Under the pieces are notes generated by a model, which was not told where the DNA came from, made no database searches, and was given only the letters and a program-made list of their open reading frames with translations. From Basidiobolus meristosporus CBS 931.73 (lineage: Eukaryota > Fungi > Basidiobolomycota), in contig MCFE01000133.1 in the NCBI GenBank assembly GCA_002104905.1, forward strand, positions 62,001-126,000: a stretch of 64,000 bases of DNA. Direction: 5' to 3'. The position numbers were made by a program, and so were the translations under genes. Every line of letters starts with the position of its first letter. The stretch's first letter is position 1. This document shows positions 38,947-50,266 of the stretch, one piece after another.

Positions 38947-41900
38947 AGAATTACCCTGCTGGTGGAAGTGATGGAATCTGTGGGCTTACCAACTACTGAT
39001 GAGGATATGATAGTAATCATCCTGATTAGCCCAACAGAGAGGTATCTGGGTCTTGTGTCTACTCTAGAGTGCAGAACTGAAGATTTGACCTTAAACTAAA
39101 TATATGGAAGGCTCCTTGATGAAGAATTAAGAAAATTAAGTGCCAACAAGAAGGAAGAAGAAAATGCTTTAACATGCAATGAAGACCAACAAAAGAGATA
39201 CTCAAGACCTGTGAAAGGCAATAGCAACCTGTTTTGCAACTACAGCCAAAGGAAAAGACAAACATCAGACTGGTGCTGCAAAAAGTGACATAGTCAGTAG
39301 AAAAAGCTTGAATATGGAAATGATGCAAAAACTGAAGATAGACTACTCATATCTGCACTGAATATGACCAGAAACAAGGATTCTCAGACATAGTTTACTG
39401 ACTCTGGAGCATCTCAAAAACTTACACACCAAAAAGAAATGTTTACCTAATATCAAGAAATCCCAATTATCAAGGTTTTCATGGGTGACAAGAGAGCAAT
39501 TGATGCAGTGGGAGAAGGAACTATCCAAGTTGATCTTAGATGCAGGGAAGGAAGTCATACATTGCCCTTAAAAGAAGTACTCTATGTACCAGAAACTGCT
39601 AAGAACCTACTAACTGTAAGCAAGGACACACCAGAAGGACTCAGTTTCAGCTCTAACTATTCTGGATGCAGGATCACTGATCCAAATGGTGCTCATATTA
39701 CTTTGGGTATCCGAGATCATAATCTGCATAAGTTGACTAATATTCCATCATATCTGGAAGCCAATATATGTAACTTGAATGAAGAAACACCAATACTTTG
39801 GCATGGCAGATATGGACACATTAATTTTGATTATTTGTGCTAAACCATCAAAGATCAGCAAATTACTGAAGTAAAATTGATCTGCCCAGCGTATTTGAAG
39901 CACTGTGAAGCCTGCATATATAGAAAACAAGCCAAGCAGCTGTTCAAGAGCTCTGGGTTAGTCAAAACTAAGAAAAAATTTGATCTTATTCACTCAGGTC
40001 TGTGTGGACCTATTCAACATGTATCCTTAGGCAGGATGCAATGTTGAATCACTTTTATTGATGTTTATACAAGATTCATGTAGGCCTTCTTCATGGAGAG
40101 AAAGGAAGAAGCTCTGTCTAAGTTCAAGGAGTCTAAAGCCATGGTGGAAAGAGAAACTGGTGAAAAATCAGAAAAATACACTGTGACAATGGTGAAGAAC
40201 ATACCTCAAAACTCTCCATCCACTTCTGCAATGCTTGTAGGATAAAGCAAGAGACTACTGTACCCTACTCCCCACAGCCAAATAGAGTAGCAGAACATGC
40301 TAAAAAAATCTATAATTAACATGGCAAGATCTATGATCCATGATCAAAAATTATCCAATGAATTTTGGGCAGAATCAGTTGCCACAGCTGTATACCTTAA
40401 AAGTAGGACTTATAATAGAATACTCTGTGATTCTACTGCATTCAGAGCATGGTATGGATACAGAACAAATGCAGAACATCTAAGAATATTTGGGTGTAAA
40501 GCATATGCTAAGAATCTGCCCAGAAATCAGTCAAAATTTGAGCCAAAAGGTGTAAAATGCATATTTTTGAGCCCCTGCAATGAAAGTAAAGCATACAGAC
40601 TCTACAATACTAAAGCAAAGAAGCTAATCAAGCTCAGGGATGTGTTGCTTGTGAAAATTCAAAGATATTACAAAAAATGACATCAGATGATGACAAAAGT
40701 TCAATTTTAAGTCTACCAATTGCAAGGTTTGAACCAGAGCAAGGCAGTACAGAATATTTCACTCCAGAGGATGCTACAAGCATTTTTCAGCCTGAGATGG
40801 TGCCCATGAATATCCCATAAGTGATCATTCCAATATCAAATGCCCATAGATCCAACCAGACTAGAAACAGCCTTAATTACTATATCAAGGAGGGTACCAA
40901 CTTAGCCTATGCCTATTCAGTCCATATTAATGAGCCCTAGGCTGTTAAAGAGGCCCTAAATAACCCTCAGACAAAGTTTTGGAGATCTGCAATTACTGAG
41001 GAATGTCAGGCCCTGATGGAAAATCAAACTTGGGACTTGGTCAAACTACCAATCAACCAATGATCAATTGAATGCAGATGGGTCCTTAAGACAAAATACA
41101 AGGCTGGTGGTACAGTTGAGAGATACAGAGCAAGACTTGTGGCCAAAGGATACTCTCAAACAAACAGACCTGACTATACTGAGACCTTTGCACTGGAAGC
41201 CAAGTTTAATTTCATCAGGTTAATATTGGCAATTGCAGCCAAATACAAGTATTTTATTCATCCAAAGGATGTTAAAGCTGCTTTTTTGACTGGAGAACTT
41301 GATGAGGAAATGTATATGGACCAGCCTGACAGGTTTGTTGACCACAATGAGCCCTGTTTGGTCTGCAAGCTTAAAAGTCTCTGTATGGACTCAAACAATC
41401 ACCAAGAGCCTGGAATTGCCAGATAGATTTTTATTTGGATTATCTGAGGCTCAAAAGGAGTAATGCTGACTATAGTATATACTATAAGCCAGATAGAGCA
41501 AATCCAGTCCTATTAGCTCTATATATAGATGGTCTTATTACAGCTGCCAATAACCTCAAAACATTGCAAGGGGCTAAATCCAGCCTTTCTAACAAGCTCA
41601 AGATGTCCAATCTAGGAGAACTCAGTTACTACTTAGGGATAAAGTTCTCCATAGACCAAAGTACCAAAACTTTCACCCTAAGCCAGTCCAAGTGTATCCA
41701 AGATATACCAAGGAAGTATTAAACTGAAGTCTGTAAACTGGCAGCTATCCCAATGGAGACAATCCTTAACTTGGTCAAAACGCAACCAAATCAAGGGAGC
41801 TTGGTGCCATCTGAAAGCTCTGACTTTCCTTATCAGTCTAGAATCAGCAGTCTGACTTATATCATGCTTGGAACATGTCCAGATATCTCATATTCAGTGG

Positions 41901-41954
41901 CAGTTGTCAGCCAGCATAATCAGAACAATGAATCTGATCATATTGCAGCATTTA
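38947..41954 (+). mobile_element. Decayed copia C-3 (mid-gag to RT), truncated at both ends
   Basis: ORF fragments 39481-39843 (protease/GAG-pre), 40297-40680 (integrase), 41139-41962 (RT); inverted relative to C-2. Confidence 0.88.
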
Positions 41955-43276
41955 CCCTCTGAAAACTAACTTGGTTCTGCAGGTGGATCCAATCTGGATC
42001 AGCCATCAGGATCTCATTAAGAGACTGTCATAGTACCAGCAGCTTGGAATTAGTGACCCTTTAACAATCTTATGACAGAATCACAAAGGTATTTGGCTAA
42101 TTTTACTTCCAAATTAAGTGATAAAACATCAAAAGATATGATTGGTACTGTGACAATATTTGCATGGTATTGTTGCAGTCTTATTGTGCTCTACAACTGT
42201 TTCAAATGGATCCAACTGGTCAGGACATCTAATGGCCTTATATGACAAGAAACTTGATGGTATCTCACCAGCCTCACAGCAAGACTCTGATGGGATTATA
42301 TTGGCAGTGTGGCAGTGTGGCAGCCTACAGCTGGTTCCATATAATGCTACTGTACCAATTTACCAAATGGTATTTCCTTTTTCTACCTCCCCATATGCAA
42401 TTCATATATTCCACTGTAGAATCACCCCTCTTTATTTGCTTACCCACTACTACCTTGGGTATTCCACATACAGTTTAAATCAAGAAAACCATGGCCTTCT
42501 GCTTACTAACCTCTGCAAATGCACACACCTGCTGTAATTGACATATTTCTATCACCTCAACTCTATGGATTTTTAGTGTGATACTTGCAAAGTTGCCATA
42601 TACCTTGTACTGTTGGTAAAGTATACATCTTGCAAACATATGCTTGGTTATTGCCACTTCTGCCATGAATACCTCCTGAATATCTGCAAAGAACTTCTTG
42701 GTATTTAGCCAATATATTCCTTCTCCCTGCTGGATTCTAGTCCCCCTTATAGGTGTGCTCTGGCACTTGTTTGTGTGAATTCCATATTGAATGGCATATA
42801 AGTTGGCTTGTGACTAAGAGTATTATGGTATACCATGGTAGAGTTTGTGGGTTATTACTGACTGTACTTGGTGAGTGGGAGAGCTTGTAGGTCAAGTCAG
42901 TACCACTTGGTTCAGAATAGCTTCCGATAGAAGGTAGCAAGGTAATAAAGACTTCTGTTTATTTCGTCCAATTCTTGTTGTTCTTCCTGGTTCAATTGGG
43001 TAGATATATATATCACTTGGGGGGGCTTAGACAATAGACAATGTGTTATAAAATAGGGGTGTGAACACCTTCCTGTTATGGTAAGTGTTCTAACTAGATA
43101 AGGGCAGGGATAGGAGGGGAGGACGCGTGGGGGAATCATAGGGAGGGTACTGGAGGACTTTGGGTAGGACTCTGGAGGGAACTCTTGGGAGAACTCTTGG
43201 GCAAAGAGTGGGTACTACATTGAGTACTCACATATCCCAGGGGTTAAGTGGGAGCTTTGTCCTCAAAGTTCTTTGA

Positions 43277-44440
43277 CTAACTCGCTTCTCCAGGATTGAT
43301 TTCGTTTACGGAGCATGGGGAGTCACTGTAGTACCATTGCTGGTTGTCACTTGCGAGGGGATTGCGGGCAAGTACCTGATACCATTTGGTGGCAGAATGG
43401 GGTGCGGCCTGTGTTGCTTGAGGGATGTTTTCCACAGAGCCAAATAGTTGGTAAACCATAGGGTTCTGGGTAAGTTCCTTGGGAGGGTTGGAGAACAAGA
43501 AAAGGTGCAATAGCGCAATAAAGTCTTGCTTCTTTATCTTGCAAACGTTATTGGAGCTTGTCCTTTTTGTGTTCAATATGACGGCGGGGGACCTTTTGAA
43601 GAGGGCGTACACTCAGTTGGCAGTCACCCGTTGTCGATAACAAGTTTTTGCTTCTTCCAAGACGTATTGTAGTTCTTCCGTAGAAACTGTGGCGCAATCA
43701 AGGCGCTTTCGTACTTGCCTCATGGTTTCTACAGAATCCGTGGCGGTTTCTTCGGCTTCTTGGAGTTGGACTTTGTACTGATTCCTGAGTTGTCCTATGG
43801 TAAACCACTGTAATAGTTGCAACACAGCAACTTGGTGGATCACATGGGTTAACTGGCCGGTGTATTTAATCCGTTTGCGTATCTTCTCTAAGATGGTTCC
43901 TTCTTGGAAATGTGGTTCGAGATGTTTGCAAATTTCTTGGAGGAGTCCTTCAATCGGGAGTTCTACTTCTGGTGCTCTTGCAGCTTGTACCAGGTCTGCA
44001 TATACCTCAACAACCATTGTACCTATTAATGGCAAGTATGCAACAAAACAGGGGGGCTCTCGAGGTCTCGTGAGGGCGTGACAGTTGATTCCTTGTGTCT
44101 TCTGTCTGACTGTGTCCAGTATGGATACGGGAATCAGTGCGGCGTCCTTCTCCTTAATGATCAAGGAACCTCCTCTTAGGTGGTACACGGTCTTCTTGGG
44201 TAGTATCTCCATGCTTTGTATTGGCGTGGGTAACTTGTCTCGTCCCTCTCTGATTGTGTCTTGTATTAGCGTGACTGCTCTGGCAAACGACTCTTCATAG
44301 GTGGCTCTCGTTGTATGTAACGCTTGTACCATATCTCTTAACACTTGCAGGTCAGTTTTGTTTTCAATATCATCTTGGTTCTTGCTAGTGGGAGGGGTAT
44401 TGCCAGTTTTGGGTGAACTGTTTCCTTTGGCACTTTCCAT
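43277..44440 (-). CDS. Extra ORF (ORF3) of element B, unknown function, about 387 codons with one internal TGA at 43613-43615
   Basis: ORF-track 43613-44470 (285 aa) and 43277-43612 (111 aa) are in frame and separated only by TGA. First ATG at 44440. Lies between the integrase stop (44576) and the 3' LTR. Confidence 0.7.
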
Positions 44441-44575
44441 ATGCGTTCTTTTGTTCTCCCCTTTGGGCAAACTCCCTTGCGCATATTATTTGTACCTATA
44501 TCGACTAAAATCTCCTCTGATAAACTTCAAATGTATCCCGTGTCTTCCTCTATCCTTGTCCTGATAATTGTTTAA

Positions 44576-47500
44576 TCACACTTTGGTCTCAGTGATGATC
44601 GGTGGATCATCATGAAACGGTTTCAGATGGGCTGGCGCTATGTTGCTGATTGTCTTATTATTCAGAGTGATGGTGTACTTTGGTCCATGGTCCAAACTGA
44701 TAACAGTGCATGGGCCAATCCATCGGGGTGTAAATTGTGGGCAGAACTTGAGGCCTGCAACGGTTTGGTCGTACCACACCTTATCGCCTGGTTTCCACTT
44801 TTGTCTTGTTAGTTTCTCATTTTTGGGTGGAGGGGGAAGGTGCTTGTCGACATTTTTGAATACTTTTATTTATAGGTGGGCGATACGGTGTATCAACCTT
44901 TCTATATAGTTGTTATGTGTCGTCAGGGGGACACCTTCCATCGTCAATCCAGCTTCCTCCCGCCACTTGGGTCTTCGTCCATATAGGATTTCATATGGGG
45001 AGAAACCCGTCGTTTTATTTGGTGTGGTGCGCATTGCTAGGAGTGTCAGTGGGAGCAGCTTGGCCCATGATTGGGGAAGTTCCCAGTGAAGCTTCTCCAG
45101 TATGCGGCAACACGTCTGGTTCATCCTCTCGGTTAATCCGTTAGTCTGGGGGTGATACGCGGCCGTGAAGACTTGTTTCACGCCCATCATTTTGCACAGG
45201 TGGGCCACGGTGTTGTTCAGGAAGGAACCACCATTGTTGGACAGGAGTATCTGAGGATATCCGTGTCGGCAGATGAGGTGTTCTAGAATGAATTGGGCGG
45301 TTGTCTTCTGATCTTTATTGCGGACGGCTTGGGCTTCTACCCACTTTGAGAAATAATTGGTAGCGATTATTATGTATTGTTCTCCTTTCTTTGTTTTCAT
45401 AAAGGGGCCAACAAAGTCAATCCCTACTCGGTGGAAGGGCAGGTCAACCGGTATTGGTGCGGTTGTCCCTATCTTCTGACTCCGGTTGAATCTTTTGCAA
45501 GTGGTGCATCTTTGTAACGTATTCGTAACGTTGGTCATCATTTTTCGCCAATAAAACATTTTTCTTAACATCTTATATGTTGTTAGGGGGTTAGCGTTGT
45601 AGTGGGGTGACAGTGACACCCACTAACAGATGTGCTCATTCCCTTATTTTCTACTTCCCTATATCCCTACTACACTCATTTTAGTTTTATCCCATTTGTC
45701 TTACCCAATCAGTACTATCCCATAAGCCGGTTGACTATCACACCTGCTTACCTTATTGCATAAGTTACCCCTCACCTTATGTAAGATTACTAGTTACAAG
45801 TGCTTCTATATTAGGCAAGTACCCGCGCCAGTACCCGTGACACATGATCAACCCGTGTCACCATCCCTACCATTTCCATACCATATATGGTATCCCCATG
45901 TTACACAGGTTTCAGAATACTGATTCCTGATTGGTTGGATGTGCTGTGCCTCTTAGAACCTTCCGGCACCTACTTAGAACATTCTTAGGTCATTCTGATG
46001 TCATTAAGATTTCTATTGAACTCCGGAACCTTCTGGAACATCATGATTAGTAATCACTTAGCCAGTGAAGAAAAGTATATAAGGGAGGCTATCCCTCAAC
46101 AATAAATCATCATCCCTTTTATCAATATACCAACTTGTTGATTAGTGTGATCACTGCTACCTGCTGCTACCTGAACTTCCAACCCTAGACCACAGGACAC
46201 TCCCAGGAAACCGCGCTGACAGCCAACTGACCTTGGAGGCACTACTTGTGAGGAATACTCAGAGTAGGTATCTTTTATTATATTTGATTCTTTCCCAAGT
46301 TTGTTCTTGTACAGGCAAAGATACTTTTCTGTCTTTGTAACTATTGACCAAAGCTGCATTCTTATCAAGTCCCTGCTGGTGGAGTTTACAGTTGTTTTGA
46401 CTTTGGAAGCTTTAGTACATTGTCATCTCAAAGGACGCTGAACCCAGCACATACTTTTGTTAAGACGCCAACTAAGTTGGGGATTGTAGCTCAATAGTTT
46501 TCCCTTGACAAGCTTGTGGCTTTATTCCCCTTCACATTAGATTAGAGACAGAACCCAAGTATTCCTAGCAAGCTTTTGCCAGAGGTTATCGCACCCAGTG
46601 AACACCCCACACACAAAACACTTGAGAAGTGTTGGACGTATCTCTCCCTTGGACTTATACACCACCACAGCATGTCCTAATGACATATGTCTTTCTTGTA
46701 TGATTTCTTCACAGGCTGCTAGTGGGGGTACCTTGGCTCTGGACTGTCCTTGGAGGAACCATAGTTGATTTTCTTGTACTTCGTACTGACACCATTTCCT
46801 TCAAAATTCTCTCTTCTGTTTGTTTGTAACAATGTGTTTAGGATACCTCCCTTTCTTTTTAAAGCAGATTACGTCCTTGTACTCATCACTGACACGTATT
46901 TGGCAAATGGGATAGCAACTGAGGAAGTCTGCGTCCTGGTGTTTCTTGCCAGCGCGGTGAATTATTTCAAAGTTGTATTGCTGTAGTCGTAGGGCCCAAC
47001 GTGCTAGTTGGCCGGTAAAGTCTTTAGTTTTCATCAGCCAGACCAGTGCGCTGTGGTCCGTTACTATCGTGAATTGGCGACCATGTATGTATGTATGGAA
47101 TTGCTTAATTGAATAAACAACAGCCAGACATTTGATCTTGGTAACGGGGTAGTGGCGTTTGTGTATGTTTAGCAAACGGCTCATGTAACCAATTGGGTGG
47201 AATTCGCCGGGTTGGTGGTATTGTCCCAGTACGGCACCTATACCAGTGAGGCTTCCATCACAGTTAATAAAAAATCTTGCATCCCAATTGGGAAATCGTA
47301 ACACTGGCGGTGACATCAGGGAATGTTTCAGCTGATCAAATGCTCTCTTTTGAGGCTCCGACCATACAAAACACTGGCCCTTTTGCGTCAATTCATATAG
47401 GGGGGCTGCTATCGTCGCAAAGTTTTTGACAAGGCGGCAATAGTAGCCGGCTAATCCTAGGAATCCCAACACTGCATTAATGTCCTTTGGTGCAGGTGCA

Positions 47501-50266
47501 TTTTGAACAGCTTTCAGGAGTGACGTAGATGGGTATATTCCATCTGCCGAGATCTTGTGGCCCAGGAACAACAATTTTGTATACAGGAAATGGCACCTCT
47601 TGGGATGTAGCTTGAGTTGGTTCTCAAGGAGGGATGTCAGGATATGTTGCACGTCGTGTATATGTTCTTCAACATCGGGGGAATATATTGTGATGTCGTC
47701 CAGATACACAAGGGTGCATTCCCATTGTAGATTTCCTAGCACCTTGTCAATCATCCTTTGGAACGTAGCGGGGGCATTGCACAAGCCAAAGGGTAGTCGG
47801 TTCCATTTGTATAATCCAAACAATGTTATAAAAGTGGCTTTGGGTCAATCTTCCGGGGCTACTTCTACTTGCCAATACCCGGAGATTAAGTCAAGAGAGC
47901 TAAAATATTTAGCTCCGATTAATCTGTCCAAGAGGTTGTCTATTTGCGGTAGCGGATACACGTCCTTCCGGGTGACGGCGTTCAATTTCCGGTAGTCAAT
48001 GCAAAAGCATCGCTTTCTGTCTTTCTTTGGGACTATCACTACGGGGGAGGCCCACGGAGACTGGCTCTCTGTAATGATGTCGTCTTTTAATAAAGTTTCA
48101 AACATCTCTTTGATATAGTCTGTGTTAATTTTCGAATTCCTATAGGCTTTTTGCTTGATGGGGTATTTGTCGGCAAGGTGGATTTGGTGATATACCCCAG
48201 GTATATGACCAATTACTTGGTTCTTAGAGAATACTTGGGCAAGCGGACGTATTCCTTCTAGGAATTTGTCTTGTAATGTAGGCGGTAGACTGGGGTCCAC
48301 ATCTAGTTTGGGGAGTTCTTCTTCTGGTTCTTTGTTTGGAGGTGGTCCTTGGTTGTTTCCGTCGACTTTCTCTAAGTTTAACAATGGCACTCCTCTAGGC
48401 AATGTCACCGTGTGTCGCCCATTGTTAACCACTAAGCATTTCAGGCTTTGCGTTTCAAATTTTGGTGGTATCCATACTTTAGGGATTGAGATTCCTTCCA
48501 GTTGCTTGGATGCTTTTGCTGCGGTTATCATTCTTCCGCTCGTTGAATAAGCTATTGGTGTTTCTAATGAGATCACCGTCTCACTGGCGGATGGTATTTT
48601 TATCACCTTTTGTGTGATGATTGGAGACTGCGACGGTTTCACCTCTTCAATTGTCACACTGTTGCTACGCGCCTTGCTCTCATTGGTGATATGAATCAGT
48701 GGGATACTCTTGGTATCCCACCTGAGTTCAGATGCACTGTAAAGTATATCCATCTTATGTTGGATAAACCAACTCTCGCCAATGAGTAAGTTGTTGGCTG
48801 CAACGGGTAGGACCACAACATCTTGGCGTATTATCAAGTTGCCTAGCCAAGTGGGGCAATTAGGCACCACACCTACCGTTGTATCCAGTTGGTCATTTGC
48901 TAGCCGTACTTGAATGGTGTCATTGGGGACTATATTTAGTCTTAGACGTTTCGCTAATGACTCTGACATGATCAACGTAGGGGATCCTGTGTCAATAAGG
49001 GCGAGAATCTCCTTATTCTCTATACGTACCTTTACGTATGTACCTTTATTCGGTTTTTGCAGGACCGTCTGGTTGACATGGAGGGTCGTTATCTCCTTCA
49101 ATCCCTCTATCAGTTCCTTGACTAGAGCCGGGGCCAGTCCCAGTAAATTGGTTATTGGGAGGGTTGCCTTGGTTTGCTCTAGTACCTTCATTATGGGGAA
49201 TAGGCCATGGGAAGACGTGCTAGCATTCTTTGTTTGCTTTAACACTTCTTCCCAAGGTTCATTCCGTACTTCTTCACCTAATTCCGCGCTCTTTCCTTTT
49301 GACGGAACCTCTACTACAGGTTCCTTTGCCTCCTCTCTAGAAGCATCATGTCAACGCTTGTTCTTCCGCACTTCGATTGTCCTGATGGGAGGGCTTAGAT
49401 TGACTGAGTCCCGTTGGCCTCCTGGCAAGGGACTCTGTCTTTTGACGCCTTCTTCTCTTTTGTGTCCGGTACGGCTTCTCTTCCGTACCATTTTTCACAT
49501 TCATGGGCCCGGTGACCTACTTCTCCACACACATAACACGGATACTGTTGTCGCGGTTGTTCCATCTGTTGGGTCAGGACTTGAACCTGGGCCTTTAGAT
49601 CTATGACAGCTTCCCAGAGTTTATCACCTTCTTTGGGGACTTCTTGGACATTGTTGATCAAGAGTTCTTGGACCTTTCGCCGTAATTCCTCTAACTCACG
49701 GTCTTTTGGGGAGGCAATTTTTCCTTTCTTACGGGGGATCCCTGTCCTTCGATCGTTTGTATCACTATAGGGTAGCCCCCATAGCAAGATGACCCCTCAC
49801 ACTTGTTCGACCAACTCCTGCAACGTTTTACATCCCTGTTGTTCTTTGGACGCCCTATGTCTTATTTTGTCGTCTAAGCCCATGATGTAATACCTCATGA
49901 GCTGTTGTTTGGCGATTTTGTCCTTTGGGAGACATCAAACTTGTTGGAGAAACAGTTCAGTGTAGGCTTCATAGCTTTCACTGCTTTTCTTCCGCAAGGA
50001 CAGTAGAAGGGCTTTGTAGTGGTATCCTTCGGCATATAGAAAGCGTGTCTTGTAGGCTTCTTCTAGTGCATCCCAGTCGTCTTTGACTGCGTCTTCCAAC
50101 CCATAATGCCATTGCCATGCTGACCCTTCCATATGTCTTGCAAACTCTCTTACTTTCTTATTGTTGTCCCATCCTGCATCAACCGCGCTCTCTCAAACTT
50201 ATTGAACCACTCAAGGGCTTTCTCTCTCTTTCCCTTGTATGTTTTTAGTTTGATTGTAGTAGTCAT
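44576..50266 (-). pseudogene. Element B gag-pol: CCHC (CYVCGEVGHRAHEC), protease (IDTGS), RT (YLDD), RNase H (CDGS), integrase (GP-x motif); no chromodomain
   Basis: ORFs 49935-50132, 49395-49787, 47845-49245, 46801-47823, 44870-45619 and 44576-44779. In-frame TGA at 49935, 49351, 47845 and 46801, TAA at 44870, and frameshifts in gag. Confidence 0.9.
45598..46669 (+). repeat. 1,072-bp solo LTR (family G) in the integrase zinc finger of B
   Basis: TGTAGTGG...CCACCACA termini; flanks GCGT and GCAT (4-bp TSD with a CpG transition). Removal restores LGHANPLTTYKML. TATA and AATAAA at about 46075-46105. Confidence 0.92.

Noticed and set aside
43277-44440. ORF3 as a retroviral-type envelope
   Set aside because: No signal peptide, furin site or convincing C-terminal transmembrane anchor; kept as an unknown accessory ORF instead.
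46096-46368. Short ORF open in both LTR-G copies (also 21555-21893)
   Set aside because: Differences are largely non-synonymous at first and second codon positions; no sign of purifying selection.
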